Shown in pieces: positions 27,790 through 37,203 of a stretch of DNA of 64,000 nucleotides (the stretch's first letter is position 1; each line of letters starts with the position of its first letter). The notes under the pieces were generated by a model. The model was not told where the DNA came from, searched no databases, and saw nothing but the letters and a program-made list of their open reading frames with translations. Location: assembly GCA_965215195.1 (NCBI GenBank), contig CBDCDC010000002.1, forward strand, positions 1,120,001-1,184,000. The letters run 5' to 3'. The translations under genes were made by a program, and so were the position numbers. The stretch comes from Candidatus Latescibacterota bacterium. GTDB taxonomy: Bacteria; Latescibacterota; UBA2968; UBA8231.

Positions 27790-29008
27790 TTGCGACTCCG
27801 ACCGGACACCGGACGGCAGCCGGAATTTTGCGACCACCCGGCGTTGCGGTGACGTGAACTGCACAAAAAAAGCGGGGTGCCGGCGCGGTTTTGGGCAAGG
27901 GATCGCTCTGCTTTTGGCCCTCGCCGTGGTCGTCGCCGGTTGCCAAGCCGGGCGGCTGCCGGGGGCAAACTACGGCGCCGGCGAGGAGCCGTACATCCGG
28001 CCGGACCTCCCAGCAGAAGCGGTCGCAGTCGGCGGGCAAGTCGCGTATCGCGTCATCTTGGTCGGCGACACCGGGGAGCCGCTTGCGGGCGATCCCACCT
28101 TAGCCGCAATCGGGCGCTGGGCGGTTCCGCGGGAGCGGGCCGCGGTCGTGTTGCTGGGGGACAACCTCTACCCGTCGGGGCTTGCAGCCGATGACCGCGC
28201 CCGGGGTGAAGCCATTTTGCGCCAGCAGCTTGCGGCCACCTCGGCGCTGCGGATTTTCGTGCCGGGCAACCACGATTGGGGATCTTCACCACAAGACTGG
28301 ACGGGAGCGCGCGTCGTCGCCCAGCAGGAGTTCGTGCTTGCGTGGCCGGAGGGCGATGTGGACTTCCTGCCCCGCGATGGATGCGCCGGCCCGGCCGTGC
28401 GCGAGTTGCTCAAGCCTATGGACGGGCTGGAGCGGGGGGTTGCGGTCGTCGCTATTGACTGGATGCCTTGGTTCTCCTCGGTCGCCGACACCAGTAGGTG
28501 CCCGGACGGGGATTTCGCGGCGCGGCTTGACGCGGCCTTTGCGGCCCTAAAGAGGCATTTCGTGGTCGTGGTGAGCCACTTTCCGCTGCGCTCGGGCGGT
28601 ACTCACGCTGGCTTTAGCCGCGGCTTCATCATCGACCGCATCATCGACTTCTATCACCTGCTGCGCCCGCGGCCGCCCCTCGATCTGGACCATCCGCAAT
28701 ACAGGGTCCGCGCCCAGCAGGTCCAAGACGCGCTCGCCAAGCATCGTCCCCTCGTCTATGCGGCCGGGCACGATCACAGCTTACAGCTTTTCGCGGCCGA
28801 TGAAGTTGCGCGGATGCACATCGTCAGCGGGGCGGGTTCGGCCGGCAAAGTGTCGCCCGTGACGGCCGTGGCCGGGACGATTTTCGCCCACGCCGTCCCC
28901 GGCTTCGCCGTACTCGATTTCGCAACCCACGACGGAGTTGACATCCCGATCGTGCGCATCGTGCAAACCGGGCGGGAAGCGCCCGTGTTCCAGATGCGCC
29001 TTCCGTAG
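27773..29008 (+). CDS. Calcineurin-like metallophosphoesterase lipoprotein (true start probably downstream of 27773)
   Basis: LVGDTG, LGDNLY, PGNHDW, SHFP, AGHDH; lipobox VVAG-C. Confidence 0.85.
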   Translation: MQRAGNCDSDRTPDGSRNFATTRRCGDVNCTKKAGCRRGFGQGIALLLALAVVVAGCQAGRLPGANYGAGEEPYIRPDLPAEAVAVGGQVAYRVILVGDTGEPLAGDPTLAAIGRWAVPRERAAVVLLGDNLYPSGLAADDRARGEAILRQQLAATSALRIFVPGNHDWGSSPQDWTGARVVAQQEFVLAWPEGDVDFLPRDGCAGPAVRELLKPMDGLERGVAVVAIDWMPWFSSVADTSRCPDGDFAARLDAAFAALKRHFVVVVSHFPLRSGGTHAGFSRGFIIDRIIDFYHLLRPRPPLDLDHPQYRVRAQQVQDALAKHRPLVYAAGHDHSLQLFAADEVARMHIVSGAGSAGKVSPVTAVAGTIFAHAVPGFAVLDFATHDGVDIPIVRIVQTGREAPVFQMRLP

Positions 29009-29028
29009 AGCCGGCCGGTCGCCCCTAC
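29005..29028. repeat. Degenerate GTAG-type REP-like element between convergent genes
   Basis: GTAGAGCCGGCCGGTCGCCCCTAC. Confidence 0.45.
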
Positions 29029-29047
29029 AGGTGGATGACAGTACCCA

Positions 29048-31678
29048 CTAAAACATAAGCCCGGTGCGCAGGTACGCGCCGGTCAGGTCCTCGCCGTCCA
29101 TCACCGCCGCGCTCAACGTCGCCACGCGCTTGAGAAACGAAACCCAAAGCCCGCCGCCGGTGCCAATGTGCCAGCCATCGGCCTCCTCCAAGTCGGCGTC
29201 AAAAAATACCCGCCCCGCATCCACGGCCGCGAATGCGCCAAGTTCACCCGGAACCGGGAACCGGATTCGGGTCAGCCGCACCCGCAGTTCGCCGTTCCCG
29301 TAGAGGGCGGACTCGCCGGCGAAGCGGTCCTCGTGGAAGCCCCGTAGGTCGTCGGGGCCGCCGAGCGCGGCGGCTTCGTGGAACGGGAACGCGCCGCGGA
29401 CGGTTTTGCCGCCCACGCGCAGGGCGAGGGTGGGGAGGGTGGGCAAACCGGCTGACAGATACGCAGAGGCGTCGCCAGCAACGTGGCCAAAGGTCGATTC
29501 GACGTCCCACAGCGTTGGGTAGAGTTCGCCGCTGAGCCTGAACCGCACGCCCCGCCGGGCATGGCCCGGATTGTCGCGGGCGTCGTACACGAGTTCCCCG
29601 CCGACGCCGACCTGCCCGAAGGCCCCCGTCCCGTATAGCGGCGTCTCATAGGTGGCGATGAACTTCCCCTTGTTGTCGCGCAAAGGGGTGTCTGTAACCT
29701 TGAGGAGCGGCCCGCCGGTCACAGTCCACGTCCCCCGCGATGAAGAGAGCGCGGGCGCAAAGAGGAACTGCGCCTGCTCCACCTCGTAAAACGACTCGGC
29801 GTGCGGGACCGCAACGTCGTTGCCAAAGCCGTTGAAGCGAATCGCGTTGATGCCAGAGTATTCCATCTGCAGCAGACCGTCTAGGTCCCACAGCAGATGT
29901 CGAAACGTCCCGGAATAAGCAACCAAGGGCTTCGCTCCGGCGCTGGCGGCGACTCCGAGGCCGAGCGCGTGTTGCGACCTATACGGGTTCTTCCGATAGC
30001 CACGGCGTATCCGGGTGTAGAACAGCCCGGCGTAGGCACCGAGGTCCGGGCTGTAGCTGACGACCGGCAGCGCAACCGTCTCCCGGCCCCAATCGACGAC
30101 GTACCTGTCGGTGACTGCACCCGTGGGCGCCGGGCGCTTGTACGGCCGCTCGTCAATCAGGGCGGCGCGCACGTCGAAGCGGTTTTTGCCGCGTGCGTCG
30201 TAAAATCGCGTCATCCGCCGGCCAGCCCGCGACCGGTTGGCGTAGGCGTCGTCGCCGCCGCCGCCATCCACGTGGACCCTGATCTTGGCCCACTCCCCGA
30301 GGACGGCGATCTGATCGTCCCCGCCGCGTAGGTAGATCCTAACTTCCTCGGTCTCGTGGGGATACAGGGTGCGGCGGAAGTGCGGGGCGCTTTGCGTCCC
30401 GGCCAAGCGGATGCGAACCTCCAACGCGCCGTCCCCCCGGTGTTCCAGTTCGAGGTATTCGTCCTCGTCCGTCGCCTTGATCTCGACCTCTTCGCTGATC
30501 AGCGCGTAGTACCGCGCCGCAAACTCGTCGAGCTGGTCGCGACGCGCCTTCAGCGCCCGGGTGAGAAAATCTCCCACCTGCTCGTAGTACGGGTCCGGCA
30601 ACCGCCGGACGGCGTCGTCAATCACCGGGTCCGGCAGCTCGGCCTGCACCGCGGCAACCACCGAGTCCCACGCGCTCCACTCCAGCTCGGCCAGCAGCTC
30701 GCGGTCGATCTCCCAGCCGTTGCGGGGGAGTCCTCGGTGGTCCGGGTACTGCTCTTGAAAGCGGACGTACTTGGGCTCGATCCGGCGCACCAGCTTCATA
30801 AGCAGGCCATCGAAATCGATGAAGGCTTGGTCCCGGTCTTCGGGGATGGGCAACCACGTGTAGCAATCTCCGGCCGGAAACCGCGCCCAACGCCACTGGC
30901 CCGAGTGCCGGTCCTTGTCGTTGACGAGAAAATCGACGAGCCGCGCCTTGAGATAGGCGCGTGCATCCACCCGTTCGCAGGGCGTCTTTTCGAGGTGCTG
31001 GTACACCTTTTCCGTGCCGCTCACCTTGCGGGATCCGGCAAATCCCGGCTCGTCGCCGGCCGCTTCGGACGGATGTTCCTGCAAGGTGCCGATCAGCCCG
31101 GCGAACTCTTGGCGATACGCTCCCAAGCGCGGATCGTCGGGGATCACCACTAGCTGATGCGGCGCATGCAGGATTCCGGTCGCCTCCATCAGCGCATCCA
31201 CCACCAGCGCCCCGGCCGGCAGCAGGGCACTCATGAGATCTTGGATCGCATCCTCGACGACGGTCTGCTTGAGTTCCTCCATCAGCCGCTTGGATGGATC
31301 CTTGTCGAGGGAACGCACGGTGTAACGGCGGCCGTCTTGGCCCACAAAGTGCAGCGAAATGGACTGGCCGAAGCCGCCCGTGCGCAATGGCGACAGCCCG
31401 CCGCCCACTGCGTCGAGATCGAGCACCGGCACCTCAATCGGCGTCGTCCAGAGCTGGCGATAGTTGCGGCCGTAAATCCACTGCTGCAAACGGCCTGCTT
31501 TGAATCGCTCGCCCGGGACAGCCACATGCATCGTGTCGCCCTTTTGCGGGATGGAGCGGTGAATTAGCTGGCCGGCCTTGGCCACTACCGCATCAGTACC
31601 CCCAAGATGCAGGGCGACGACAAACAAAACACTCGCTCGGCGACGCAGGTAGCGGATCGGGTGCTTGTTGGGGTTCAT
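29048..31678 (-). CDS. Omp85 (BamA/TamA-family) barrel protein with N-terminal kinase-like domain
   Basis: C-terminal barrel with LRGF...RFAG and terminal Phe; N-terminal GGFGQS, D....DKDRH..QW, PIPEDRDQAF; GGGGDD repeats. Confidence 0.8.
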   Translation of the reverse strand: MNPNKHPIRYLRRRASVLFVVALHLGGTDAVVAKAGQLIHRSIPQKGDTMHVAVPGERFKAGRLQQWIYGRNYRQLWTTPIEVPVLDLDAVGGGLSPLRTGGFGQSISLHFVGQDGRRYTVRSLDKDPSKRLMEELKQTVVEDAIQDLMSALLPAGALVVDALMEATGILHAPHQLVVIPDDPRLGAYRQEFAGLIGTLQEHPSEAAGDEPGFAGSRKVSGTEKVYQHLEKTPCERVDARAYLKARLVDFLVNDKDRHSGQWRWARFPAGDCYTWLPIPEDRDQAFIDFDGLLMKLVRRIEPKYVRFQEQYPDHRGLPRNGWEIDRELLAELEWSAWDSVVAAVQAELPDPVIDDAVRRLPDPYYEQVGDFLTRALKARRDQLDEFAARYYALISEEVEIKATDEDEYLELEHRGDGALEVRIRLAGTQSAPHFRRTLYPHETEEVRIYLRGGDDQIAVLGEWAKIRVHVDGGGGDDAYANRSRAGRRMTRFYDARGKNRFDVRAALIDERPYKRPAPTGAVTDRYVVDWGRETVALPVVSYSPDLGAYAGLFYTRIRRGYRKNPYRSQHALGLGVAASAGAKPLVAYSGTFRHLLWDLDGLLQMEYSGINAIRFNGFGNDVAVPHAESFYEVEQAQFLFAPALSSSRGTWTVTGGPLLKVTDTPLRDNKGKFIATYETPLYGTGAFGQVGVGGELVYDARDNPGHARRGVRFRLSGELYPTLWDVESTFGHVAGDASAYLSAGLPTLPTLALRVGGKTVRGAFPFHEAAALGGPDDLRGFHEDRFAGESALYGNGELRVRLTRIRFPVPGELGAFAAVDAGRVFFDADLEEADGWHIGTGGGLWVSFLKRVATLSAAVMDGEDLTGAYLRTGLMF

Positions 31679-31714
31679 TCGCACTAATTTTAGCGGAGAA
31701 TTTTCAGAAAGCAC

Positions 31715-33073
31715 CTACTCAAACGCTTTCTCCAACGCATCTGGAAACACGTGGACCTGGCTTTTATATGCCTTTCGCAACTCGGCCAATAGCGCATCCA
31801 TAGCCTCGGTTTCGGCCCGCATTCGCAGGGCCGCGCGAATGCTCTCGCGCACCAAAGCAAAATCCACTACCCGGCCATCGGCGCGGGTAAACTGGTCGCG
31901 GTGCTGGTCGTAAAAGGCCCGCACGGCCGCGTCGCCGATTTGCCCGACCTGTTCGGCCTCGGCTTGGTAGAGCCGCTTGACCAACAGGGCGTCTCGTTCC
32001 CTGGCGACGCTGGCGCGGATATCCGCATCGTCGGCGATCCCCAGTTTGCGGGCTTCCGCCACCATGATCTGCTTGCCAGCGAGGTTGTCCACGGCCTTGT
32101 ACAGGCGCGCACTGTCGAGTTCGGCCGGGTGCGGCGCACGGCCCTGCTCAACTAAGGCGAGGTACTCCTGCGCCACGAGCTGGCCGCCGCGCCAAGTGAG
32201 CAGCGGCGCGTCCCCTCCATCCCACTGCGTCGATTGCGGCGGAAGGACGAGCAACGCGGCAAAAACCTCCGCGTCCAGCGCGAGCTGATACTGATAGCGC
32301 AGGGTGCCGACGTAGCGCTCCATATCGTCGGCCCGGCTCTGCACGCGGGCCTTTTCCTCGACCCACTCGCGGGCCGCGGCAAAGTCAACGGGGCGTCGTT
32401 CTCCAAGTCTGAAGACGTGGTAGCCGCTCGCAGTCCGCACAGGGTCGGGATACACGCTGCCGACGGGCATGGTGCCGAGGGGAACCTTCAGCCCCTCGTA
32501 CACCTCGCCGACCTTGAACCAGCCAACCCAACCGCCGGGCCCAAAGCGCTGCTGGATGTTCTGCAGAGAATAGGGCCGCACCAGCGATTCAAAAGGCGTC
32601 CCTTCGCCGAGCAGTTCGAGGACGAGACGGGCCTCTTCTTCGGTGGCACAGACAATGTGCTGGCTGCGCACTTCCACGTCGTACTGCTGTTGGGCAAAAA
32701 ACGCCCGCAGGTCCGCGTCCGAAAACGAATACAACGCCTGCACGGCCTTCTGCTCGTAGAGCTTTTTGATCAGGGCCTTGCGCTCGCTCTTGGCCACGGC
32801 TTGAGCAATAGCCGAATCGCGGTCGTACCCGCGCCGGAGCCCCTCGGCAATGAGCAATTCCCGCGCAATGACGCCGTCGAGCAGCTCCTGCTTGCCTTGG
32901 CTGTCTAGCTCCTCGACGTGGCCGTAGCCGGTCTCCCGCAGCTTTTGCGCCATGGCCTCGAACTGCCGCACTGAAATGGCCTTATCGCCGATGCGCAGGA
33001 CCGTCTCTTCCGCGCACAGGACCGCGCTGCACAGGACGAGGAGCGCGAAAGTGCTAATTAGCGAGTATTTCAC
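31715..33073 (-). CDS. Periplasmic PpiC/parvulin-type peptidyl-prolyl isomerase (SurA/PrsA-like)
   Basis: Signal peptide; V..QHIV..TEEEA...L..G..FE.L...YS, GG.VGWF, PV.T..GYHVF. Confidence 0.88.
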   Translation of the reverse strand: MKYSLISTFALLVLCSAVLCAEETVLRIGDKAISVRQFEAMAQKLRETGYGHVEELDSQGKQELLDGVIARELLIAEGLRRGYDRDSAIAQAVAKSERKALIKKLYEQKAVQALYSFSDADLRAFFAQQQYDVEVRSQHIVCATEEEARLVLELLGEGTPFESLVRPYSLQNIQQRFGPGGWVGWFKVGEVYEGLKVPLGTMPVGSVYPDPVRTASGYHVFRLGERRPVDFAAAREWVEEKARVQSRADDMERYVGTLRYQYQLALDAEVFAALLVLPPQSTQWDGGDAPLLTWRGGQLVAQEYLALVEQGRAPHPAELDSARLYKAVDNLAGKQIMVAEARKLGIADDADIRASVARERDALLVKRLYQAEAEQVGQIGDAAVRAFYDQHRDQFTRADGRVVDFALVRESIRAALRMRAETEAMDALLAELRKAYKSQVHVFPDALEKAFE

Positions 33074-33131
33074 GATGTGATAAGTACCCGCGCATGTCCA
33101 ACATGTTTAGACACGCCCAAGACTTTCTCCC

Positions 33132-33206
33132 TTGTAGCATCAGCCTCATCAGACACCGCCGAATGTTGCTGTACTGGCGGTAGAAGTGAGGTATATGTAT
33201 TTGGTG
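33132..33206 (-). other. Degenerate attC-like imperfect palindrome
   Basis: Nested CCTCA/TGAGG and ACCGCC/GGCGGT arms immediately after the stop of an AT-rich two-gene unit; ends GCTACAA on the minus strand. Confidence 0.35.
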
Positions 33207-33209
33207 CGC

Positions 33210-33563
33210 CTATTGGGGGACAAACGGTATGTTTGTCACATTGCGCTTCAATTGTTTTCGCTTCTTATAGGCGCATGCCGAACTGAAACCAAACCAAACG
33301 AGGAATACGAAGCCAAAAACGCCCAATGCAGAAGACCAGCCAGATTGTATCATTGCGACGGCGATGCCTACGAGGATACTGAAAAGTGCAGAAGATTGAA
33401 TAGACCAAACCTCATAGTCCTTGAGGACAGACGAATCCACCAACTCTATTTCAAGAATCTGCGGCACGGAGACCACTACGGTTGTTTTCGCAAGTGGCGT
33501 AGGCGAGTCGAAGTCAGCCTCGACGTGCTTTGCAGGTTCCGCGTCTTTGCTCGCGTCTCTCAT
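33210..33563 (-). CDS. Small two-TM membrane protein
   Basis: Two hydrophobic helices then a basic tail; ATG overlaps the upstream stop (TAATG). Confidence 0.7.
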   Translation of the reverse strand: MRDASKDAEPAKHVEADFDSPTPLAKTTVVVSVPQILEIELVDSSVLKDYEVWSIQSSALFSILVGIAVAMIQSGWSSALGVFGFVFLVWFGFSSACAYKKRKQLKRNVTNIPFVPQ

Positions 33564-33859
33564 TAGGCTATTCTCTTTTCTAATTCTGGCCAAAAATCTT
33601 TGGGAAGATAGCCATCATATAGACCTCCAGACATTAAAGGGCCAATGACGAGATGTATCCTAATTGGAGAACCCTCGGCTACTTCTATCAGGTTTTTCTT
33701 AATTTCTTGCCATTCTTGCGGCGCGGATACCCTAACGACGTAAAAAGTGCTAAGTGGGCGTGCCCAAGAATAGTCTTCTATGCACTCTTTTAGCTGAGCG
33801 TTGAGCGCATCCCACTTCTCGCCTTCGGCATTAATATCCCACGATACTATAAAGTGCAT
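33563..33859 (-). CDS. Stand-alone Cas2/VapD-like ferredoxin-fold protein (98 aa)
   Basis: MHFIVSWDI (cf. Cas2 V.YDI), W...LST.YVV, G.L....W; RBS GAGGAAAAGG. Confidence 0.55.
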   Translation of the reverse strand: MHFIVSWDINAEGEKWDALNAQLKECIEDYSWARPLSTFYVVRVSAPQEWQEIKKNLIEVAEGSPIRIHLVIGPLMSGGLYDGYLPKDFWPELEKRIA

Positions 33860-34188
33860 GGCCTTTTCCTCTCTTTGGTACATAGCTCGGTAGCTAAACC
33901 GCCGACCAATCGCAGTCCGAATTATCGCCCAATAGCACTCTATCGTCAAAACGCCCCGCGCTCCTCAACGCTCCTCCCGAATCACAATGCGCTGATCGGC
34001 CTCCACCTCCACCAGCGTCTGCACCAAGTCGTCGGCCACGGCGCGGATGCGCGACCGAGCCTCGCGGTTCCAGCGGCCTCAACCGTCAGATAGTGATTGG
34101 CATTGCCGCCATCGTTGCGCAGCAGAGTGTAATGCGGAGCGGCCGAATCCGAGACGAATGATAGCCCACAGCGGCAAGGTGCGCGGCA

Positions 34189-35400
34189 TCAGCGGCCAAC
34201 CTGCGCGGCGATTTGCTCGGCGGCCGCGAGATTGCGGCCGAGCTTGGGGTGGTTGGGCTGGTGGCGCAAGCCGCGGCGGAAGGAGGCAATGGCGCGGTCG
34301 TACTGCTTGCGCAACATCTGGACATTGCCCAAGCCCAAGTGCGCGAGGGCGTACGTGGAATCGGCCTGCAATGCTTGGCGAAACCGCTGCGCGGCCGCGT
34401 CCATTTCCCCGCGGCGGAAGTGGATGTTGCCGAGGTTGTGGTGCGCGGGCGCGAACGCAGGGTCCCGGTCGAGTGCTTGGAGGTAGCGGATGCGCGCTTC
34501 TCGATGTTGGCCGCGCTGCCCGTACACAACGGCCAAGTCGTGGTACGCGCCCGCGTCGTCCGGGTGCGTCGCCAAGGTGTTTTTCAGCATGGCGATCCGC
34601 TGTTCCTCTTCGTCGAGCCGCTTGTACAGGGCGAGCTGGTGTCGCCCCTCTTCCTTCTGCCCGCAGCGCAGCAAGGCATTGCCGAGGTTGAAGCGGGCTT
34701 GGGCAAACAGCGAATCCAGGCGCACGGCGCGGCCAAATTCGGCCGCGGCCGCTGCGTAGTCGCGCCGGAGGTAATAGCTGCGCCCCAAGCCATTGCGAAA
34801 TTGGGCCGAGGTCGCGTCCGCGGCTACGGCGCGGCCAAAGGCTTGCTCGGCGGCCGCGTAGTCGTTTTGCTTGAGATAGGCTTCGCCGAGGTTGAACCAC
34901 GCCTCCCCGTAGCTGGGCACGGCGGCAATGGCGCGCTGATAGGCGGCAATCGCGGCTGGGTAGCGCCCCTCGCGGGCGTGCAGCAAGCCCAGCACCATGT
35001 GCGCCCGGGCGCGGTCGGGCTGCTCCCGCACCGTCTGTTCGAGCAGGACCAAGGCATCGTCGTAGCGGTCGAGGCGCGTAAACAAAATGGCCAACTCGGT
35101 CCGCGTCTTGGCGTGGCTCGGCCCTAGGGCAATGGCCTGCTCGTAAGCGTGGACGGCTGCGGGCAGGGCCTCGTTTTTCGCGTGGGCCGCGGCCAGCTTG
35201 CGGTAGAGCACCGCCGATGTTGCGTTCTGGTCAACGGCGCGCTGGTAGTGGAAGGCGGCCTCTCCGTAGTGGCCGGTGTGCATCAAGCGGTCGCCCTGTA
35301 CTTCGTGCGCGGATTCGGTTGTTCGTCCACAGCTAGCAAGCACCAGCAGGAGCAGAGCTAATCGGCCTATCCGCCCCCACCGTAGGGGCGGCCCTTGCAC
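34189..35400 (-). CDS. Tetratricopeptide-repeat lipoprotein
   Basis: Many TPR motifs (A.FNLG..Y, AHHNLGNI); lipobox VLAS-C; start placed at GTG 35400 (uncertain). Confidence 0.85.
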   Translation of the reverse strand: MQGPPLRWGRIGRLALLLLVLASCGRTTESAHEVQGDRLMHTGHYGEAAFHYQRAVDQNATSAVLYRKLAAAHAKNEALPAAVHAYEQAIALGPSHAKTRTELAILFTRLDRYDDALVLLEQTVREQPDRARAHMVLGLLHAREGRYPAAIAAYQRAIAAVPSYGEAWFNLGEAYLKQNDYAAAEQAFGRAVAADATSAQFRNGLGRSYYLRRDYAAAAAEFGRAVRLDSLFAQARFNLGNALLRCGQKEEGRHQLALYKRLDEEEQRIAMLKNTLATHPDDAGAYHDLAVVYGQRGQHREARIRYLQALDRDPAFAPAHHNLGNIHFRRGEMDAAAQRFRQALQADSTYALAHLGLGNVQMLRKQYDRAIASFRRGLRHQPNHPKLGRNLAAAEQIAAQVGR

Positions 35401-35689
35401 TGGCCTAATGGAAATTAGGTAACTGACGTTGCGCAACCTTTGCCTTCGCCGGCTTCGACCCGAGCTCAGCCACGGGGGCATCCAGCTTAACCTCTGCGCG
35501 AAGTGGAGAGACAGTGCGCTGGGCTGGATGTCACGCCTAAAGGCGCGGTGAAGAATGACACCGGGCGAGGCCACAAGGCTGCGTAACATCACTTAGGTAC
35601 CATTTATTAAGCAGTAGAAAAGGTCTGTACCAAGACATATAAAAAGTATAGACCGGACTGGTACTACCGACAAACGCGGAGAACGCCAG

Positions 35690-36979
35690 ATGGAACGAAG
35701 AACATTCTTCAAGGGGCTCGCGGCCGCCGCGGCCACCGCCCCGCTCATTCCCGATGTGGCCGAGGGGCTTGCCGAGCGGCTCGGCACCCTCGATCGAGAC
35801 ATAGCGGCCGCTGGCAGCGAGCGCACGCTGTGGCAGCGGGTGCGCCGAGAATTTCGCCTGCACCCGGGCCTAGTGCATCTCAACTGCGGCAGCATTGGGG
35901 CGACGCCTCGCGTGGTGACCGACGCGCTCGCCTCGTACCTCGCCGAGCTGGAGGGCAATCCACTGGCCAACACTTGGGGCGGCCTCGGCAGCGAGATGGA
36001 AACGGTGCGAGCCAAGGGGGCCGCGTTTATTGGGGCCGAACTGGACGAGACCGCACTGACGCGCAACACGACTGAAGGCATGAACCACGTAGCCAGCGGC
36101 CTCGACCTCCAGCCGGGCGACGAAGTGCTGACCACGAATCACGAGCACGGCGGCGGCATGGTCTGCTGGCAGCACTTGGCGCGCACCCGCGGCGTGGTGG
36201 TTCGCTACATCAAAATGCCCAATCCCGTGCGCGATGCCGCCCAGATCTTGCAACTAGTGGAGGATCACCTGAGGCCGCGCACCCGCGTGTGCAGCTTCTG
36301 TCACATCGACACTATCACCGGGCTGCAAATGCCACTGACAGCCATCGCCGCCCTCACCCGGCCCCGCAACATCCTGCTGGTCTGCGACGGCGCGCAGGCC
36401 CCGGGCATGATCGACGTGGACGTCAAAGCACTCGGCGTGGATACCTATGCCTCCAGCAGCCACAAGTGGATGCTCGCGCCCAAGGGCACGGGCCTGCTCT
36501 ACATCCGCAGGGAAGTGCAAGATCGCGTCCGGCCCGCGTTCACGTATTCCGGTTACAGCGCCTATTCGGCCTCGTCCGGCACTCGCAATGTGCCGCAGAT
36601 CGTCGCGCACGGAGTGGCCATGGAATTTCACAACACCATTGGCCGCCGGCGCGTCGAAACGCGCTGTCGCCAGCTCTGCGCCTACGCGCGCCAGCGCTTG
36701 GCGGAAATCCCCCAACTCGCGCCGATCACCCCGCCCCAGCCCGAGCTGTTCTCGGGCATCGTCAGCTTCTCGCTCACCAGCGGCAGCCACAGCAAAGTCG
36801 TCGCCGCCCTGCAAAAGCGCGACATCCTCCTCAAGCCAGCGCAGGGCACGTACGCCTACGTGGAGGAAGCGGGCGTACCAAAGGAAAACTACAACGCCCT
36901 ACGCATCTCCACGCACATCTTCAACGACGAAACCGACATCGACCGCGCTGTCGAGGCGTTGCAGCTAGTCCTCGGCTAG
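35690..36979 (+). CDS. Tat-exported class V PLP enzyme (isopenicillin-N epimerase/cysteine desulfurase-like)
   Basis: ERRTFFK Tat motif; LNCGS.G, RNTTEG, DGAQ.PG, SSHKW..APKG.G. Confidence 0.9.
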   Translation: MERRTFFKGLAAAAATAPLIPDVAEGLAERLGTLDRDIAAAGSERTLWQRVRREFRLHPGLVHLNCGSIGATPRVVTDALASYLAELEGNPLANTWGGLGSEMETVRAKGAAFIGAELDETALTRNTTEGMNHVASGLDLQPGDEVLTTNHEHGGGMVCWQHLARTRGVVVRYIKMPNPVRDAAQILQLVEDHLRPRTRVCSFCHIDTITGLQMPLTAIAALTRPRNILLVCDGAQAPGMIDVDVKALGVDTYASSSHKWMLAPKGTGLLYIRREVQDRVRPAFTYSGYSAYSASSGTRNVPQIVAHGVAMEFHNTIGRRRVETRCRQLCAYARQRLAEIPQLAPITPPQPELFSGIVSFSLTSGSHSKVVAALQKRDILLKPAQGTYAYVEEAGVPKENYNALRISTHIFNDETDIDRAVEALQLVLG

Positions 36980-36994
36980 GGCGCGACCCCCGCG

Positions 36995-37062
36995 ATCCCC
37001 GTAGGGGCACACTCGCCCCAAAGGAAGGGCATCCCCGTAGGGGCTGACCTATGCGTCGGCCC
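36995..37062. repeat. REP-like cluster between convergent genes
   Basis: ATCCCCGTAGGGGC at 36995 and 37031; the second continues GGGCTGAC-CTATGC-GTCGGCCC. Confidence 0.6.
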
Positions 37063-37203
37063 GCACCTCATCCCGAATCTGCGTTTATCGGCACCCGGCG
37101 TCTGCGGGATGGTCGCTTATCGCCACCGTGAACGAAACTCCTCTCGGAATCCCTAGTGAGAAGACGCAGCAGCCCCCAGGAATTTTCAGACGGCCTCTAC
37201 GCC

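Noticed and set aside
33563-33859. CRISPR-Cas locus
   Set aside because: No cas1 or effector genes and no repeat-spacer array were seen in the window.
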